Positions 28,723 to 37,577 of a stretch of 50,894 bases of DNA are shown here, piece by piece. A model generated the notes under the pieces. The model saw only the letters and a program-made list of their open reading frames with translations. It was not told where the DNA came from and did not search any database. Within the stretch, counting starts at the first letter, position 1. Each line of letters opens with the position of its first letter. Origin of the DNA: Actinomycetes bacterium (lineage in GTDB: Bacteria > Actinomycetota > Actinomycetes > S36-B12). The position numbers were made by a program, and so were the translations under genes. The stretch is taken from assembly GCA_965657825.1 (NCBI GenBank), contig CBFHQG010000004.1, positions 1 to 50,894 of the forward strand. The letters run 5' to 3'.

Positions 28723-29648
28723 GCTTCCAACCCATCGAGGCGCCGCAGGATCACTCCCTCACGCAGGGCCCACGGGCCGATATCGAAGGTGTCGAGGGAG
28801 AGCAGATCCATCACCGACTCCGCCACGACCGCACCAGCCACGAGTTGCACAGCGCGTGCCTCGGAGACCCCGGGCAGTCGGCTGCGCTCGGCAGCGGACA
28901 TCTCCGCGAGCGTCGGCACCCAGGTGGCCAGATCGGCCCGGCTGAGCGTGCGGCGCACATGCGGACCCGCATCGGAAGGCGCGGCACCGGTGATGCGCGC
29001 CAGTTGGCGCATCGTCTTGGAGGTAGCGACGGCCAGTCGCGGCTCACCCACCCGCAGCAGACGACCGACGACATCGGCGATGGAGGCGCGCACGTGGCGG
29101 CGGAGGGCCCGGACCTGTTCGGCATCGGGGGGATCCGTACGGCAGAAATCCCGCGTCAGTCGACCCGCGCCCAGGGGCAGGGACACCGCGACATCGGGCT
29201 CCTCATCATCCCCTGTCGCAATCTCCAGCGAACCCCCGCCGATATCGACCACCATGATGCGTCCGGCCGACCAGCCGAACCAGCGGCGGACCGCGAGGAA
29301 CGTCAGCCGCGCTTCCTCCTCACCGCTGAGCAGATCGAGGGTGACCCCCGTGCGCTCGCGCACCGCGTCGAGAACCGCCCCGCCGTTAGGGGCGTCGCGG
29401 ATGGCGGAGGTGGCGAACGCGATCGTCTCGGTGACCCCGAGATCCTCTCCGACGGCCGTCGAGCGTCGGATGAACTCCACGAGCGCATCGACCGCGCTGT
29501 CATCGATGCATCCGTCCGCATCGAGGTGCTCGGCCAGGCGCAGGGTGGTCTTTGATTTCGAGGCCGGGACGGGGGCGGCGCCGTAGTGCGCGTCCACTAC
29601 CAGCAGGTGGACGGTATTGGAGCCGACGTCGAGGACACCGAGGCGCAC
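28719..29648 (-). CDS. ppx: Ppx/GppA family phosphatase (exopolyphosphatase-like)
   Basis: The GTG at 29648 gives (M)[19 protein letters not shown], the canonical N-terminus. Also has ATSAIRDA and [14 protein letters not shown] motifs. The 532-aa track ORF extension is antisense to the next gene. Confidence 0.9.
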   Translation of the reverse strand: MRLGVLDVGSNTVHLLVVDAHYGAAPVPASKSKTTLRLAEHLDADGCIDDSAVDALVEFIRRSTAVGEDLGVTETIAFATSAIRDAPNGGAVLDAVRERTGVTLDLLSGEEEARLTFLAVRRWFGWSAGRIMVVDIGGGSLEIATGDDEEPDVAVSLPLGAGRLTRDFCRTDPPDAEQVRALRRHVRASIADVVGRLLRVGEPRLAVATSKTMRQLARITGAAPSDAGPHVRRTLSRADLATWVPTLAEMSAAERSRLPGVSEARAVQLVAGAVVAESVMDLLSLDTFDIGPWALREGVILRRLDGLEA

Positions 29649-29690
29649 GTCGCTGACGCTACCGGCCCCGTCGACCCCTAGGGTGGCCTG

Positions 29691-30482
29691 GTGGCCGAAG
29701 TACCCCTCGACTTCCCCCGAGCCTGGGTCGAGTTCGACGACCCGGCCGACTCCGACCAGCGGTTCCGCTGCGACCTGACCTGGCTGAACTCCCGATACCA
29801 ATGCATCTTCGGCAACGGCTGCGAAGGCATCTACGCCTCGTCCCCTGACGCCGGATGCTGCACGCTCGGGGCCCACTTCGCTGATCGAGACGATGAGGAA
29901 CGTGTGCTCGGGTGGGCCAAGAAGCTGACCAAGGAGATGTGGGAGAAGCGTTCGATCGCCAAGCGCGATGGCATCGTGGTGAAGTCGGGCAAGAAGGAGC
30001 GCGCAACCCGGGTCGTCGATGGCGCGTGCATCTTCCACAACTCCCGGGATTTCCCCGGCGGCTACGGCTGCGCCCTGCACCACCTCGCCGAGGCCGAGGG
30101 GGTCTCGTTCGTCGAAACCAAGCCGGAGGTGTGCTGGCAGGTGCCGATGCGACGCGCCTACGAGACCGAGGAACTTCCCGACGGGACCGAGCGCGACATC
30201 GTCATCATCACCGAGTACGACCGGCGGTCCTGGGGGTCTGGTGGGCACGACCTGGACTGGTACTGCAGTGGCAATCCGCAGGCGCACACCGCGAGCGAGC
30301 CGGTGTTCCGCACGCATCGCGATGAACTCATCGCCTTGATGGGCGCCCCCGCGTACGAGGTGCTCGTGGAGTACTGCGAGGCGCGTGAAGCGCTGCTGGC
30401 CGAGGTCCGCGAGCGCGGCGACCGCGCCGCGTTGCTCGGCGACCGATCAGCGCTGTTGATCCACCCCGCCGACCCCACCTAG
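29691..30482 (+). CDS. Conserved actinobacterial Cys-rich protein of unknown function, divergent from ppx (Rv0495c-like position)
   Basis: 263 aa with clustered cysteines ([55 protein letters not shown]) suggesting metal or Fe-S binding. Composition is coding-like. The family assignment is not verified. Confidence 0.75.
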   Translation: MAEVPLDFPRAWVEFDDPADSDQRFRCDLTWLNSRYQCIFGNGCEGIYASSPDAGCCTLGAHFADRDDEERVLGWAKKLTKEMWEKRSIAKRDGIVVKSGKKERATRVVDGACIFHNSRDFPGGYGCALHHLAEAEGVSFVETKPEVCWQVPMRRAYETEELPDGTERDIVIITEYDRRSWGSGGHDLDWYCSGNPQAHTASEPVFRTHRDELIALMGAPAYEVLVEYCEAREALLAEVRERGDRAALLGDRSALLIHPADPT

Positions 30483-30485
30483 CCC

Positions 30486-30532
30486 TTCTTCGGGTGATTC
30501 GCGCCCATATCGGGCACATGTCACCCGAAGAA
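30486..30532. repeat. Nested palindromic intergenic element, copy 1 (12-bp outer stem, inner GCCC/GGGC stem)
   Basis: ttcttcgggtga (30486-30497) pairs with tcacccgaagaa (30521-30532). The inner stem is gccc..gggc at 30503-30515. An extra half-arm ccgaagaagtgg lies at 30537-30548. The element begins 4 nt after the upstream stop and ends 70 nt before the radA ATG. It is related to the element at 33683-33739. Confidence 0.55.
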
Positions 30533-30602
30533 CAGTCCGAAGAAGTGGCTAGGGCGATGGAGGGGCAGCAGTGTCGGGGGTTTCCCTTAGGCTGCGCAGA
30601 TC

Positions 30603-32006
30603 ATGGCCAAGGCATCGACGTCCTACGCGTGCACCTCCTGCGGTGCGACCCATCTGCGATGGGTCGGCCGCTGTTCCAAGTGCAGTGAATTCGGCACCGT
30701 CGTCGAATCCGCCGACGCTCCTCGCTCTCCGGGTGTGCGGTCCAAGCAGTCCACACCCACCCGGACCGCACGCCCCATCGGCGATGTCGCTGCGCAGCGC
30801 ACCCACCGGACCCCCACACGCGTCGAGGAGTTCGACCGCGTCCTCGGGGGTGGTCTCGTCCCCGGTCAGGTCGTGCTCGTCGCCGGCGAACCCGGCGTCG
30901 GCAAGTCCACGCTCCTGCTTGCTGTCGCCCATGCCGTAGCCGAGCAGCCCGGCTCGGGGACCCTCGCCGATGCCCCCGTCCTGTACGTCACCGGCGAGGA
31001 ATCCGCCGAGCAGGTCGGCATCCGGGCTGAGCGCATCGGCGCGATGACCCACAACCTCCTCGTCGCCGATGAGACCAATGTCGAAGTCGTCCTCGGCCAT
31101 ATCCGCGAGCATCGCCCGCGCCTGGTCGTCATCGACTCCGTGCAGACGATGGCCTCACCCGGAGTCGAGGGGCGAGCCGGCGGAGTCGCCCAGGTGCTCG
31201 AGGTCACCCAGACGCTCATTCGCTCAGCGAAGGAGCGTGGCGTCCCTCTCATCCTCGTCGGGCAATCCACCCGCGAGAACACCGTCGCAGGGCCCCGGGC
31301 ATTGGAGCACCTCGTCGACACCGTGCTCACCTTCGAAGGCGACCGGGCCAGTGCCCTTCGCTTGCTGCGCACCTCGAAGAATCGGTACGGGCCCGCCGAC
31401 GAGGTCGCTGCCTTCGAGCAGACCGAGGCAGGTCTGCGGCAGGTCATCGACCCGTCGGAATTGTTCCGCGGGCATCGCGATGTCCCGGTGCCCGGCACCT
31501 GCGTGGCGGTCACCATGGAAGGCCGGCGGGCCCTGCTCACCGAGGTGCAGGCCCTCGTCGCCGGGACGCCAACAGGTCGCCGCACTGTCACAGGCCTGGA
31601 CCCATCTCGGGTGACGATGCTGGCCGCCGTGACCGACCGCATCAGCGAGAAGAAGAAGATCGAGTCCCGGGATCTGTTCGTCGCCACGGTGGGAGGTGCC
31701 AGGATCACCGATCCCGCTGCCGACCTCGCGGTGTGTCTCGCGATCGCGTCATCCCTGCGCGAGACGGCGATGCCAGGTCACGTGCTCGCGATCGGAGAGG
31801 TCGCCCTGTCCGGAGATATCCGCCCGGTGCCGCACCTGCAGACCCGGGTCAATGAGGCCCGCCGCCTCGGCTTCACTCGGATCCTGGTCCCGGCTGGTTC
31901 ACGCTCCCGACTCGATTCCGGGCCTACCCAGGAGGTCATCAGCGAGCTGGACCACCTGAATCTCGCGTTGGCCTCCCTCGACCGGATCGCCACCCTGGGC
32001 TCGTAG
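30603..32006 (+). CDS. radA: DNA repair protein RadA
   Basis: N-terminal zinc finger CTSCGATHLRWVGRCSKC, Walker A GEPGVGKSTLLL, the KNRYGP (KNRFG-type) motif, and a Lon-protease-like C-terminal domain. Confidence 0.95.
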   Translation: MAKASTSYACTSCGATHLRWVGRCSKCSEFGTVVESADAPRSPGVRSKQSTPTRTARPIGDVAAQRTHRTPTRVEEFDRVLGGGLVPGQVVLVAGEPGVGKSTLLLAVAHAVAEQPGSGTLADAPVLYVTGEESAEQVGIRAERIGAMTHNLLVADETNVEVVLGHIREHRPRLVVIDSVQTMASPGVEGRAGGVAQVLEVTQTLIRSAKERGVPLILVGQSTRENTVAGPRALEHLVDTVLTFEGDRASALRLLRTSKNRYGPADEVAAFEQTEAGLRQVIDPSELFRGHRDVPVPGTCVAVTMEGRRALLTEVQALVAGTPTGRRTVTGLDPSRVTMLAAVTDRISEKKKIESRDLFVATVGGARITDPAADLAVCLAIASSLRETAMPGHVLAIGEVALSGDIRPVPHLQTRVNEARRLGFTRILVPAGSRSRLDSGPTQEVISELDHLNLALASLDRIATLGS

Positions 32007-32022
32007 CGGGCCGGCAGCGCGC

Positions 32023-32073
32023 GAAATCCGCAACACGCTCCTCATCGACAACGTGCTGATTGTTGCGGATTTC
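32023..32073. terminator. Bidirectional stem-loop between convergent radA and the membrane-protein gene
   Basis: gaaatccgcaaca (32023-32035) pairs perfectly with tgttgcggatttc (32061-32073), a 13-bp stem with a 25-nt loop. It fills the 69-bp convergent gap and has no U-tract. Confidence 0.5.
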
Positions 32074-32075
32074 AG

Positions 32076-32699
32076 TTACTCCAGGCGGAGGCCGCTGGGG
32101 AGGCTCACTACGTCGGAGTTGCGGCCGAGCACCTGGTACTCCCCGGCCTCCACGAGCGGTTGATCCGATGGGCAGCCGGTCGCAGAGGTGCGCCCATCCC
32201 AGGTCAACTGCGTGATGAACTCCTCGCCCCGCTTCAAGGAGATGATGTCCGATGCATCGGAGGGGTTGCAGTCATCCGAGGACCACAGCACCTCGCCGCT
32301 CTGCTCGATCCACAGTTCATTGGCACCCGGCCCGACATTGCGGCGGCACTCCACCGTGCCGATGTTGGTGATCACCAGGCTCAGTGTCGGAGTCGAACCC
32401 ACCGGGTAGATCGGGAACTCCGCGGATGCCTCCACGAGGATGTCGGTGTCCAGGCACAGATCATCGGTCCGGGTCGGTGACGGTGTGGGAGTCGGACTCG
32501 GAGGCTGGGTGGGTGAGGTGGGCTCGACCGTGGGGGTGGGTGCCGGTGTCGGAGCCACGTCCCCACCGTCACCATCTCCCCGCAGGAAGAAGAACCAGAC
32601 CCCGAACACCACGAGCGCCACCACGGCGAGCACCATCAGCCGCCGGCGCCAGTACACCCCTGGCGGCAGCGGCCCGGCGGGCCAGATCAGGGTGCTCAC
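32076..32699 (-). CDS. Membrane-anchored extracytoplasmic protein with a Pro/Thr-rich linker (Rv3587c-like)
   Basis: N-terminal TM helix (RRRLMVLAVVALVVFGVWFFFL), linker APTPAPTPTVEPTSPTQPPSPTPTPSPT, then a beta-rich domain with paired cysteines. GTG start at 32699. It sits between radA and mutY, as in mycobacteria. Confidence 0.75.
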   Translation of the reverse strand: MSTLIWPAGPLPPGVYWRRRLMVLAVVALVVFGVWFFFLRGDGDGGDVAPTPAPTPTVEPTSPTQPPSPTPTPSPTRTDDLCLDTDILVEASAEFPIYPVGSTPTLSLVITNIGTVECRRNVGPGANELWIEQSGEVLWSSDDCNPSDASDIISLKRGEEFITQLTWDGRTSATGCPSDQPLVEAGEYQVLGRNSDVVSLPSGLRLE

Positions 32700-32748
32700 G
32701 GGGCAGCACGGTATCGCCTCCTCGGCCTTCGCGTGCCACCATCAGCAG

Positions 32749-33684
32749 GTGGCCGAGCCACCGCACACCCCCGCTCCCGGCTCAGATAGTGCTGCCCTTT
32801 TGTCCTGGTTCAGGGTGAATTATCGTGATCTGCCCTGGCGGAAAATCCCCGATTCCTCCGATAGACGGACAGATCGACACTCCTTGATCCACCCCGATCC
32901 GTGGGGGGTCCTGGTGAGCGAAATCATGCTCCAGCAGACCCCGGTCGCCCGCGTCGAGCCGGTCTGGCGGGAGTGGATGGCCCGGTGGCCGACCCCGGCG
33001 CACCTGGCCGCAGCGACCCCCGCGGAGGTGATCACCGCCTGGGGGCGCCTGGGTTATCCCAGGCGTGCCCTGCGCCTGCAGCAGGCCGCGGCGGCCATCG
33101 TCGATCGCCACGGTGGGATCGTCCCCGATGATCTGGACCTGTTACGGGCACTGCCGGGGGTCGGTGAGTACACCGCCGGGGCCGTGCTCGCCTTCGCCTA
33201 CCACCATCGGGCGCTCGCGCTGGACACCAATGTCCGCCGGGTGCTGGCCCGCCACGACGAGGGCGTGCCACGACCGGTTGGTGCGGTCACCAACGCCGAG
33301 CGCGCACGCGCCACGGCACTGATGCCCGATGGGTCGGAGGGGGCAGTGTGGATGGCCGCCCTCATGGAACTCGGCGCGGTGATCTGCACGGCGAAGGCAC
33401 CCCGGTGCAGCGACTGCCCGATCCTCGCCGGATGCAGGTGGCGACAGGCTGGCTTCCCCGATGATGCACCCGCTCCGCGGCGTCAACCACGCTACGAAGG
33501 CTCCGATCGGCAAGCGCGGGGGGCGGTGCTCGCGGTCTTGCGCGAGGCGGGCACGGCGGTCACTGCACGCCAACTCGACCTCGCCTGGCCCGATCCGATC
33601 CAGCGCGCCCGCGCCATCGATTCACTGATCGGCGATGGGCTCATAGAGCCGCTGCCCCGCGAGCGTTTCCGCCTGCCCCACTAG
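32749..33684 (+). CDS. mutY: A/G-specific adenine DNA glycosylase
   Basis: Contains LVSEIMLQQTPVARV, the HhH motif LPGVGEYTAGAV, the catalytic ALDTNVRRV, and the 4Fe-4S loop CTAKAPRCSDCPILAGC. I chose the GTG at 32749. The track ORF (from 32440) runs antisense through the neighbouring gene. Confidence 0.87.
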   Translation: MAEPPHTPAPGSDSAALLSWFRVNYRDLPWRKIPDSSDRRTDRHSLIHPDPWGVLVSEIMLQQTPVARVEPVWREWMARWPTPAHLAAATPAEVITAWGRLGYPRRALRLQQAAAAIVDRHGGIVPDDLDLLRALPGVGEYTAGAVLAFAYHHRALALDTNVRRVLARHDEGVPRPVGAVTNAERARATALMPDGSEGAVWMAALMELGAVICTAKAPRCSDCPILAGCRWRQAGFPDDAPAPRRQPRYEGSDRQARGAVLAVLREAGTAVTARQLDLAWPDPIQRARAIDSLIGDGLIEPLPRERFRLPH

Positions 33685-33739
33685 CACTTCTTCGGGTGGA
33701 AGGTGCCCGATTCGGGCCGCATCCACCCGAAGAAGTGCT
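33683..33739. terminator. Nested palindromic element, copy 2: 18-bp perfect stem between convergent mutY and prfB
   Basis: agcacttcttcgggtgga (33683-33700) pairs with tccacccgaagaagtgct (33722-33739). The 21-nt loop contains gcccg-att-cgggc (33705-33717). The element occupies essentially the whole 57-bp convergent gap. Confidence 0.6.
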
Positions 33740-33741
33740 CG

Positions 33742-34851
33742 TCAGGCGACAGGCTGCTGCTTGCGCCAGCGGATCCCGGCCTCGATGAACTCGTCGATCT
33801 CACCGTCGAGGACCGCGGAGGTATTGCCGGTCTCGCACTCGGTGCGCAGGTCCTTCACCATCTGGTACGGGTGCAGCACATAGGAACGCATCTGGGTGCC
33901 CCACGAGCCAGCCGAGTCGTCCTTCAACGCGTTGAGTTTGGCCTGCTCCTCGCGGCGACGAACCTCGAGCAGCCGCGATTGCAGCACCCGCATCGCCGCA
34001 GCACGGTTTTGGATCTGGGACTTCTCGTTCTGGCAACTGACGATGATTCCGGTCGGCAGGTGCGTGATGCGCACCGCCGAATCGGTGGTGTTCACGCTCT
34101 GTCCACCCGGCCCGGACGACCGGAACACATCGATGCGGATCTCCGACTCGGGGATCTCGATGTGATCGGTCTGCTCCGTCACGGGGAGCACCTCGACCCC
34201 GGCGAAGGATGTCTGGCGGCGGCCTTGATTGTCGAAGGGGCTGATGCGTACCAAACGGTGCGTGCCCTGCTCGACCGAGAGAGTCCCGTAGGCATAGGGC
34301 GCCTTCACCGCGAAGGTCGCCGACTTGATGCCGGCCTCCTCGGCGTAGGAGGTGTCGTAGACCTCGACCGGCCAGCCGTGCCGCTCGCAGTAGCGCACAT
34401 ACAGCCGCAGCAGCATCTCCGCCCAGTCCGCAGCATCGACCCCGCCCGCCTCACTGCGGATGGTGACCAGCGCTTCACGGGCGTCGTACTCCCCCGAGAG
34501 CAAAGTGCGAACCTCGAGTTCGGACAGTGATGAGCGCAGGGAGTCGATCTCACCGGAGATCTCGGCCCATGTGTGCGCATCGTCCTCGGACTCGGCGAGT
34601 TCGACGAGCACCCCGACGTCATCGAGTCGACGCCGTAGGCCTTCGACACGGCGGACATCACCCTGGGCCAACGACAGTTGCGAGGTGACCTCCTGGGCAT
34701 GCGCCTGGTCATCCCACAGGTCCGGCGCCCCGGCCTGCACCTCCAACTCCTCGATGCGCACCCGAAGGCGAGGCAGGTCGACAACGGCCTCGATGCTGGA
34801 CAGTGTCTGCTCCAGCTCGGCGATCGTCTCGGCGATATCGGGAATGGCCAC
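33742..34851 (-). CDS. prfB: Peptide chain release factor 2
   Basis: Contains the SPF tripeptide (VRISPFDNQ) and the GGQ motif ([24 protein letters not shown]). It is a single continuous frame. The GTG at 34851 gives (M)[14 protein letters not shown], a typical RF2 N-terminus. Confidence 0.95.
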   Translation of the reverse strand: MAIPDIAETIAELEQTLSSIEAVVDLPRLRVRIEELEVQAGAPDLWDDQAHAQEVTSQLSLAQGDVRRVEGLRRRLDDVGVLVELAESEDDAHTWAEISGEIDSLRSSLSELEVRTLLSGEYDAREALVTIRSEAGGVDAADWAEMLLRLYVRYCERHGWPVEVYDTSYAEEAGIKSATFAVKAPYAYGTLSVEQGTHRLVRISPFDNQGRRQTSFAGVEVLPVTEQTDHIEIPESEIRIDVFRSSGPGGQSVNTTDSAVRITHLPTGIIVSCQNEKSQIQNRAAAMRVLQSRLLEVRRREEQAKLNALKDDSAGSWGTQMRSYVLHPYQMVKDLRTECETGNTSAVLDGEIDEFIEAGIRWRKQQPVA

Positions 34852-34917
34852 GAGGCACAAGGGTACGGGTGAGTGGTCGATGGAGGGGCCGTCGGGCGCG
34901 TGCCATCGCAGGTGGAC

Positions 34918-35325
34918 CTAGTCCCCGTGCGCGGTGACGCTCTCTGCGAGTGCATCCACAGCGTCGAGACCCCCCGTGAGGTAGGAGATCCAGTCCGGGC
35001 CCGACGCCGCCTCGAGGTGACGGGAGAGTTCCCGTGCCCACCGATCGCGCACCATCTGGATCGCAAGGGCAAGGCCCACCCCGGCTTTCCTTTCGCGACG
35101 GACCTCACGCAACGCCACCCAGGCGCCCTCGGGGTACTTGATGCCCGGCATCGGGGTCCCCGATCGACTCAGCGAGCACAGCGACGCCGAACCAGCAGCC
35201 GCATCGACTGCGCTTTCCGCGCGACTCAAGTGATCCTCAAGGAGGTCGCGATCAGCCACGTCACCGAGGTTAGGCCCGCCCCGCTCCAGACGTTGCCTCG
35301 CCGTCGATGATCGGATTTCTCGCAC
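34918..35325 (-). CDS. Hypothetical protein (weakly supported)
   Basis: The 135-codon minus-strand ORF is co-directional with prfB. Its C-terminal half looks helical and protein-like (WVALREVRRERKAGVGLALAIQMVRDRWARELSRHLEAASGPDWISYL). The opposite strand is also open in the same codon phase, I recognise no family, and the true start is uncertain (ATG at 35151 is possible). Confidence 0.4.
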   Translation of the reverse strand: MREIRSSTARQRLERGGPNLGDVADRDLLEDHLSRAESAVDAAAGSASLCSLSRSGTPMPGIKYPEGAWVALREVRRERKAGVGLALAIQMVRDRWARELSRHLEAASGPDWISYLTGGLDAVDALAESVTAHGD

Positions 35326-35421
35326 AATAATCGGATCCCCTGAAGAGGGTGGCTCGAATCACCGTCAGCCAGGCCGGGTACGCACTAGATTCAGGCCGGT
35401 GATGAACTCCGAGGCGGTCCG

Positions 35422-37224
35422 ATGAGTGGTGTGAGTCGACGCGGGTTCCTGTCCGGGGCCGCCGTCCTCGCCGCCGCCTGGGGCCTTCCCCTCGAGCGTG
35501 TTGGTTCAGCACTCGCCACGCCGATGACTCCCGCGGTCAACCCCACGACTCGACTGCAGACGATCCGACTGTCCAGCCAACCCATCCGTGGCTCCTACCG
35601 GACCCTGCTACCCGGAGCCGGTGAGGACTTCATCCCCCGATTCGATCTGCTCGGTCGCGTCGCCGATGAGGCTCGAACATCGCGACGCCGCTCACTGCTG
35701 TATTTCGCGCACCTGTCAGACATCCACGTCATCGATGCCCAGACTCCGGCTCGCATGGATGCCATCCAGAGCATCGCCCCGGAGTTGTTCACCGACGCCT
35801 GCCGACCACAGGACACCCTGACGGTGCAGGTGCTCGCCTCGGTGGTCGACAGCATCCGGCAGTCAGCACTATCGGGGATCACCGGTGCGCCGCTTGCCAC
35901 CGCCGTGAGCACTGGAGATAGTGCTGACAACCTCTCGACCCTCGAAACCCGTTGGTACATCGACATTCTCGACGGTGGTGAGGTGCTCGCCAACAGTGGC
36001 GCCGCTCGCACCTACGAAGGCCCCCAGGTGTGGGCCGAGGCCACCTACGCCTACCACCCCGATGATCCGGTCAATGATGTCTACGGACCGTATGGTTTCC
36101 CGACGATCCCCGGGCTCCTCGAGGCCGCGGTCTCCAACCCGGTCACCTCTCCCGGCCTACCGATCCCGTGGTACGCCGTCTACGGCAATCACGATGCGAC
36201 CTACATGGGCACCTTCCGCCCGTCGCCCAATCTTCATCCGTGGGCGACCGGTGGCCGCAAGGCATCTCTCGGTGAGGCCCTCGGGGTTAATTGGCTGGCC
36301 CAATACAACGTCGACCTCAGCCCCGCGCAGATGGGCGTCAACGCGCTGCGCCAGGCCTTCGGTCTCGCGCCGGGGATGCGCACGGTCACCGCTGACCCGC
36401 AGCGACGCCTGCTTGAGCGCACCGAATTCATGCAGGCCCATCTGGACTCCCCCGAGATCCCCGGTCCCGTCGGTCACGGGTGGACCCAACGCAACATCGA
36501 TACCGGCGAGACCTGGTGGTCGGCCGAATGGACACCCTTCCTGCGCGTATTCGGTCTGGACACCTGCAATCTCGTCGCGGGGGCCGACGGCGCCGTGCCG
36601 CTCGATCAGTTCGAGTGGCTGCGAGGTGAATTGACCCGCTGCCAGGACGACAGGGTCATGGCGATCGTGTGCAGCCACCACAATTCCCTCACCTTGGAGA
36701 ACCAGGCCGAACCGGTGACCGGCGGGCAACCGTTGATCAACGGTGAGGAGTTCATCGCCATGCTGCTGCAGTTCCCGGCGTGTATCGCCTGGCTAAACGG
36801 TCACACACACATCAACACGATCACCGCCCATCCCCGCGCGAGCGGTGGGGGTTTCTGGGAGATCACCACCGCATCCTGCGTCGACTTCCCTCAGCAGCAG
36901 CAGTTGATCGAGATCATCGACAACCGAGACGACACCCTGTCGCTGTTCGTCACCGCACTTGATCACGCGGCTCCCGCCCAGTGGAACCCCGGTGACTTCA
37001 GTCAAACGGGCCTGGCCTCCCTGAGCCGGGAGTTGTCGGCGAACGCTTTCTTGAACAACCCCCCACTTCGCGCAGGGACACCACTCGATCGCAATGTCGA
37101 ACTCCTTCTGCCTGCTCCCTTCGCGTTGAGTTCGATCAGCGACGCCGATCTGGAACGCCAAACCATGGCCGCTCGCGCGCGCCTGCTCGCCCAGGGCATC
37201 TCCGAGGGTGGGGGCGACGCATGA
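35422..37224 (+). CDS. TAT-secreted metallophosphoesterase (PPA1498/TIGR03767-like family)
   Basis: Twin-arginine signal SRRGFLSGAAVLAAAWG. Calcineurin-like phosphoesterase motifs HLSDIHVID, TGDSADN, VYGNHD, CSHHN and NGHTHIN. A GAGG tract lies 8 nt upstream of the ATG. Confidence 0.88.
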   Translation: MSGVSRRGFLSGAAVLAAAWGLPLERVGSALATPMTPAVNPTTRLQTIRLSSQPIRGSYRTLLPGAGEDFIPRFDLLGRVADEARTSRRRSLLYFAHLSDIHVIDAQTPARMDAIQSIAPELFTDACRPQDTLTVQVLASVVDSIRQSALSGITGAPLATAVSTGDSADNLSTLETRWYIDILDGGEVLANSGAARTYEGPQVWAEATYAYHPDDPVNDVYGPYGFPTIPGLLEAAVSNPVTSPGLPIPWYAVYGNHDATYMGTFRPSPNLHPWATGGRKASLGEALGVNWLAQYNVDLSPAQMGVNALRQAFGLAPGMRTVTADPQRRLLERTEFMQAHLDSPEIPGPVGHGWTQRNIDTGETWWSAEWTPFLRVFGLDTCNLVAGADGAVPLDQFEWLRGELTRCQDDRVMAIVCSHHNSLTLENQAEPVTGGQPLINGEEFIAMLLQFPACIAWLNGHTHINTITAHPRASGGGFWEITTASCVDFPQQQQLIEIIDNRDDTLSLFVTALDHAAPAQWNPGDFSQTGLASLSRELSANAFLNNPPLRAGTPLDRNVELLLPAPFALSSISDADLERQTMAARARLLAQGISEGGGDA

Positions 37225-37577
37225 ACCGCATGTCTATCGCTCGCCTCGCCATCGCGGGTGCCCTCGGTGCAGTACTGCTCACCGGCTGCTCTCAGATCGA
37301 TGCACTCGCACCCGTGGGCGGTGAGGCCCAGACGACGATTCGCAATGCCACCTACGACGTACTCCTCGACAACGGTGTCGACATCCTCGTCGCCCCCACA
37401 TGCGCCAAGGAGTCCACGCAGATCATCTGCCGTGGCTCGACGGTAACCGGCGCACCCATCGTGGCGACCGGTACGAGCGCGAAGCCCTACACCCTGCGCA
37501 TCGAAGTCGACGGAGTCGTCATCTTCGACGGCTCGGCCACCGACGTGCTCGCCGACGCCCTGCTGGAGGGTTCATGA
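37221..37577 (+). CDS. Small lipoprotein of unknown function
   Basis: Signal peptide with the lipobox LLTGC (MNRMSIARLAIAGALGAVLLTGCS). The start overlaps the upstream stop (ATGA). Confidence 0.7.
   Translation: MNRMSIARLAIAGALGAVLLTGCSQIDALAPVGGEAQTTIRNATYDVLLDNGVDILVAPTCAKESTQIICRGSTVTGAPIVATGTSAKPYTLRIEVDGVVIFDGSATDVLADALLEGS

Noticed and set aside
29649-30317. Upstream extension of the ppx ORF (track ORF 28719-30317, 532 aa)
   Set aside because: The canonical Ppx N-terminus (M)[11 protein letters not shown] starts at the GTG at 29648. The extension is antisense to the Cys-rich protein gene and has no family similarity.
30494-30688. 64-aa plus-strand ORF spanning the palindromic element and the start of radA
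   Set aside because: It is out of frame with radA, begins inside the inverted repeat, and has no RBS or similarity. It is explained by the repeat element.
33742-34860. Programmed +1 frameshift in prfB
   Set aside because: The whole RF2 sequence, from the N-terminal helix through SPF and GGQ, is in one continuous frame. There is no in-frame UGA or CUU-UGA-type site near codon 25, consistent with frameshift-less prfB genes.
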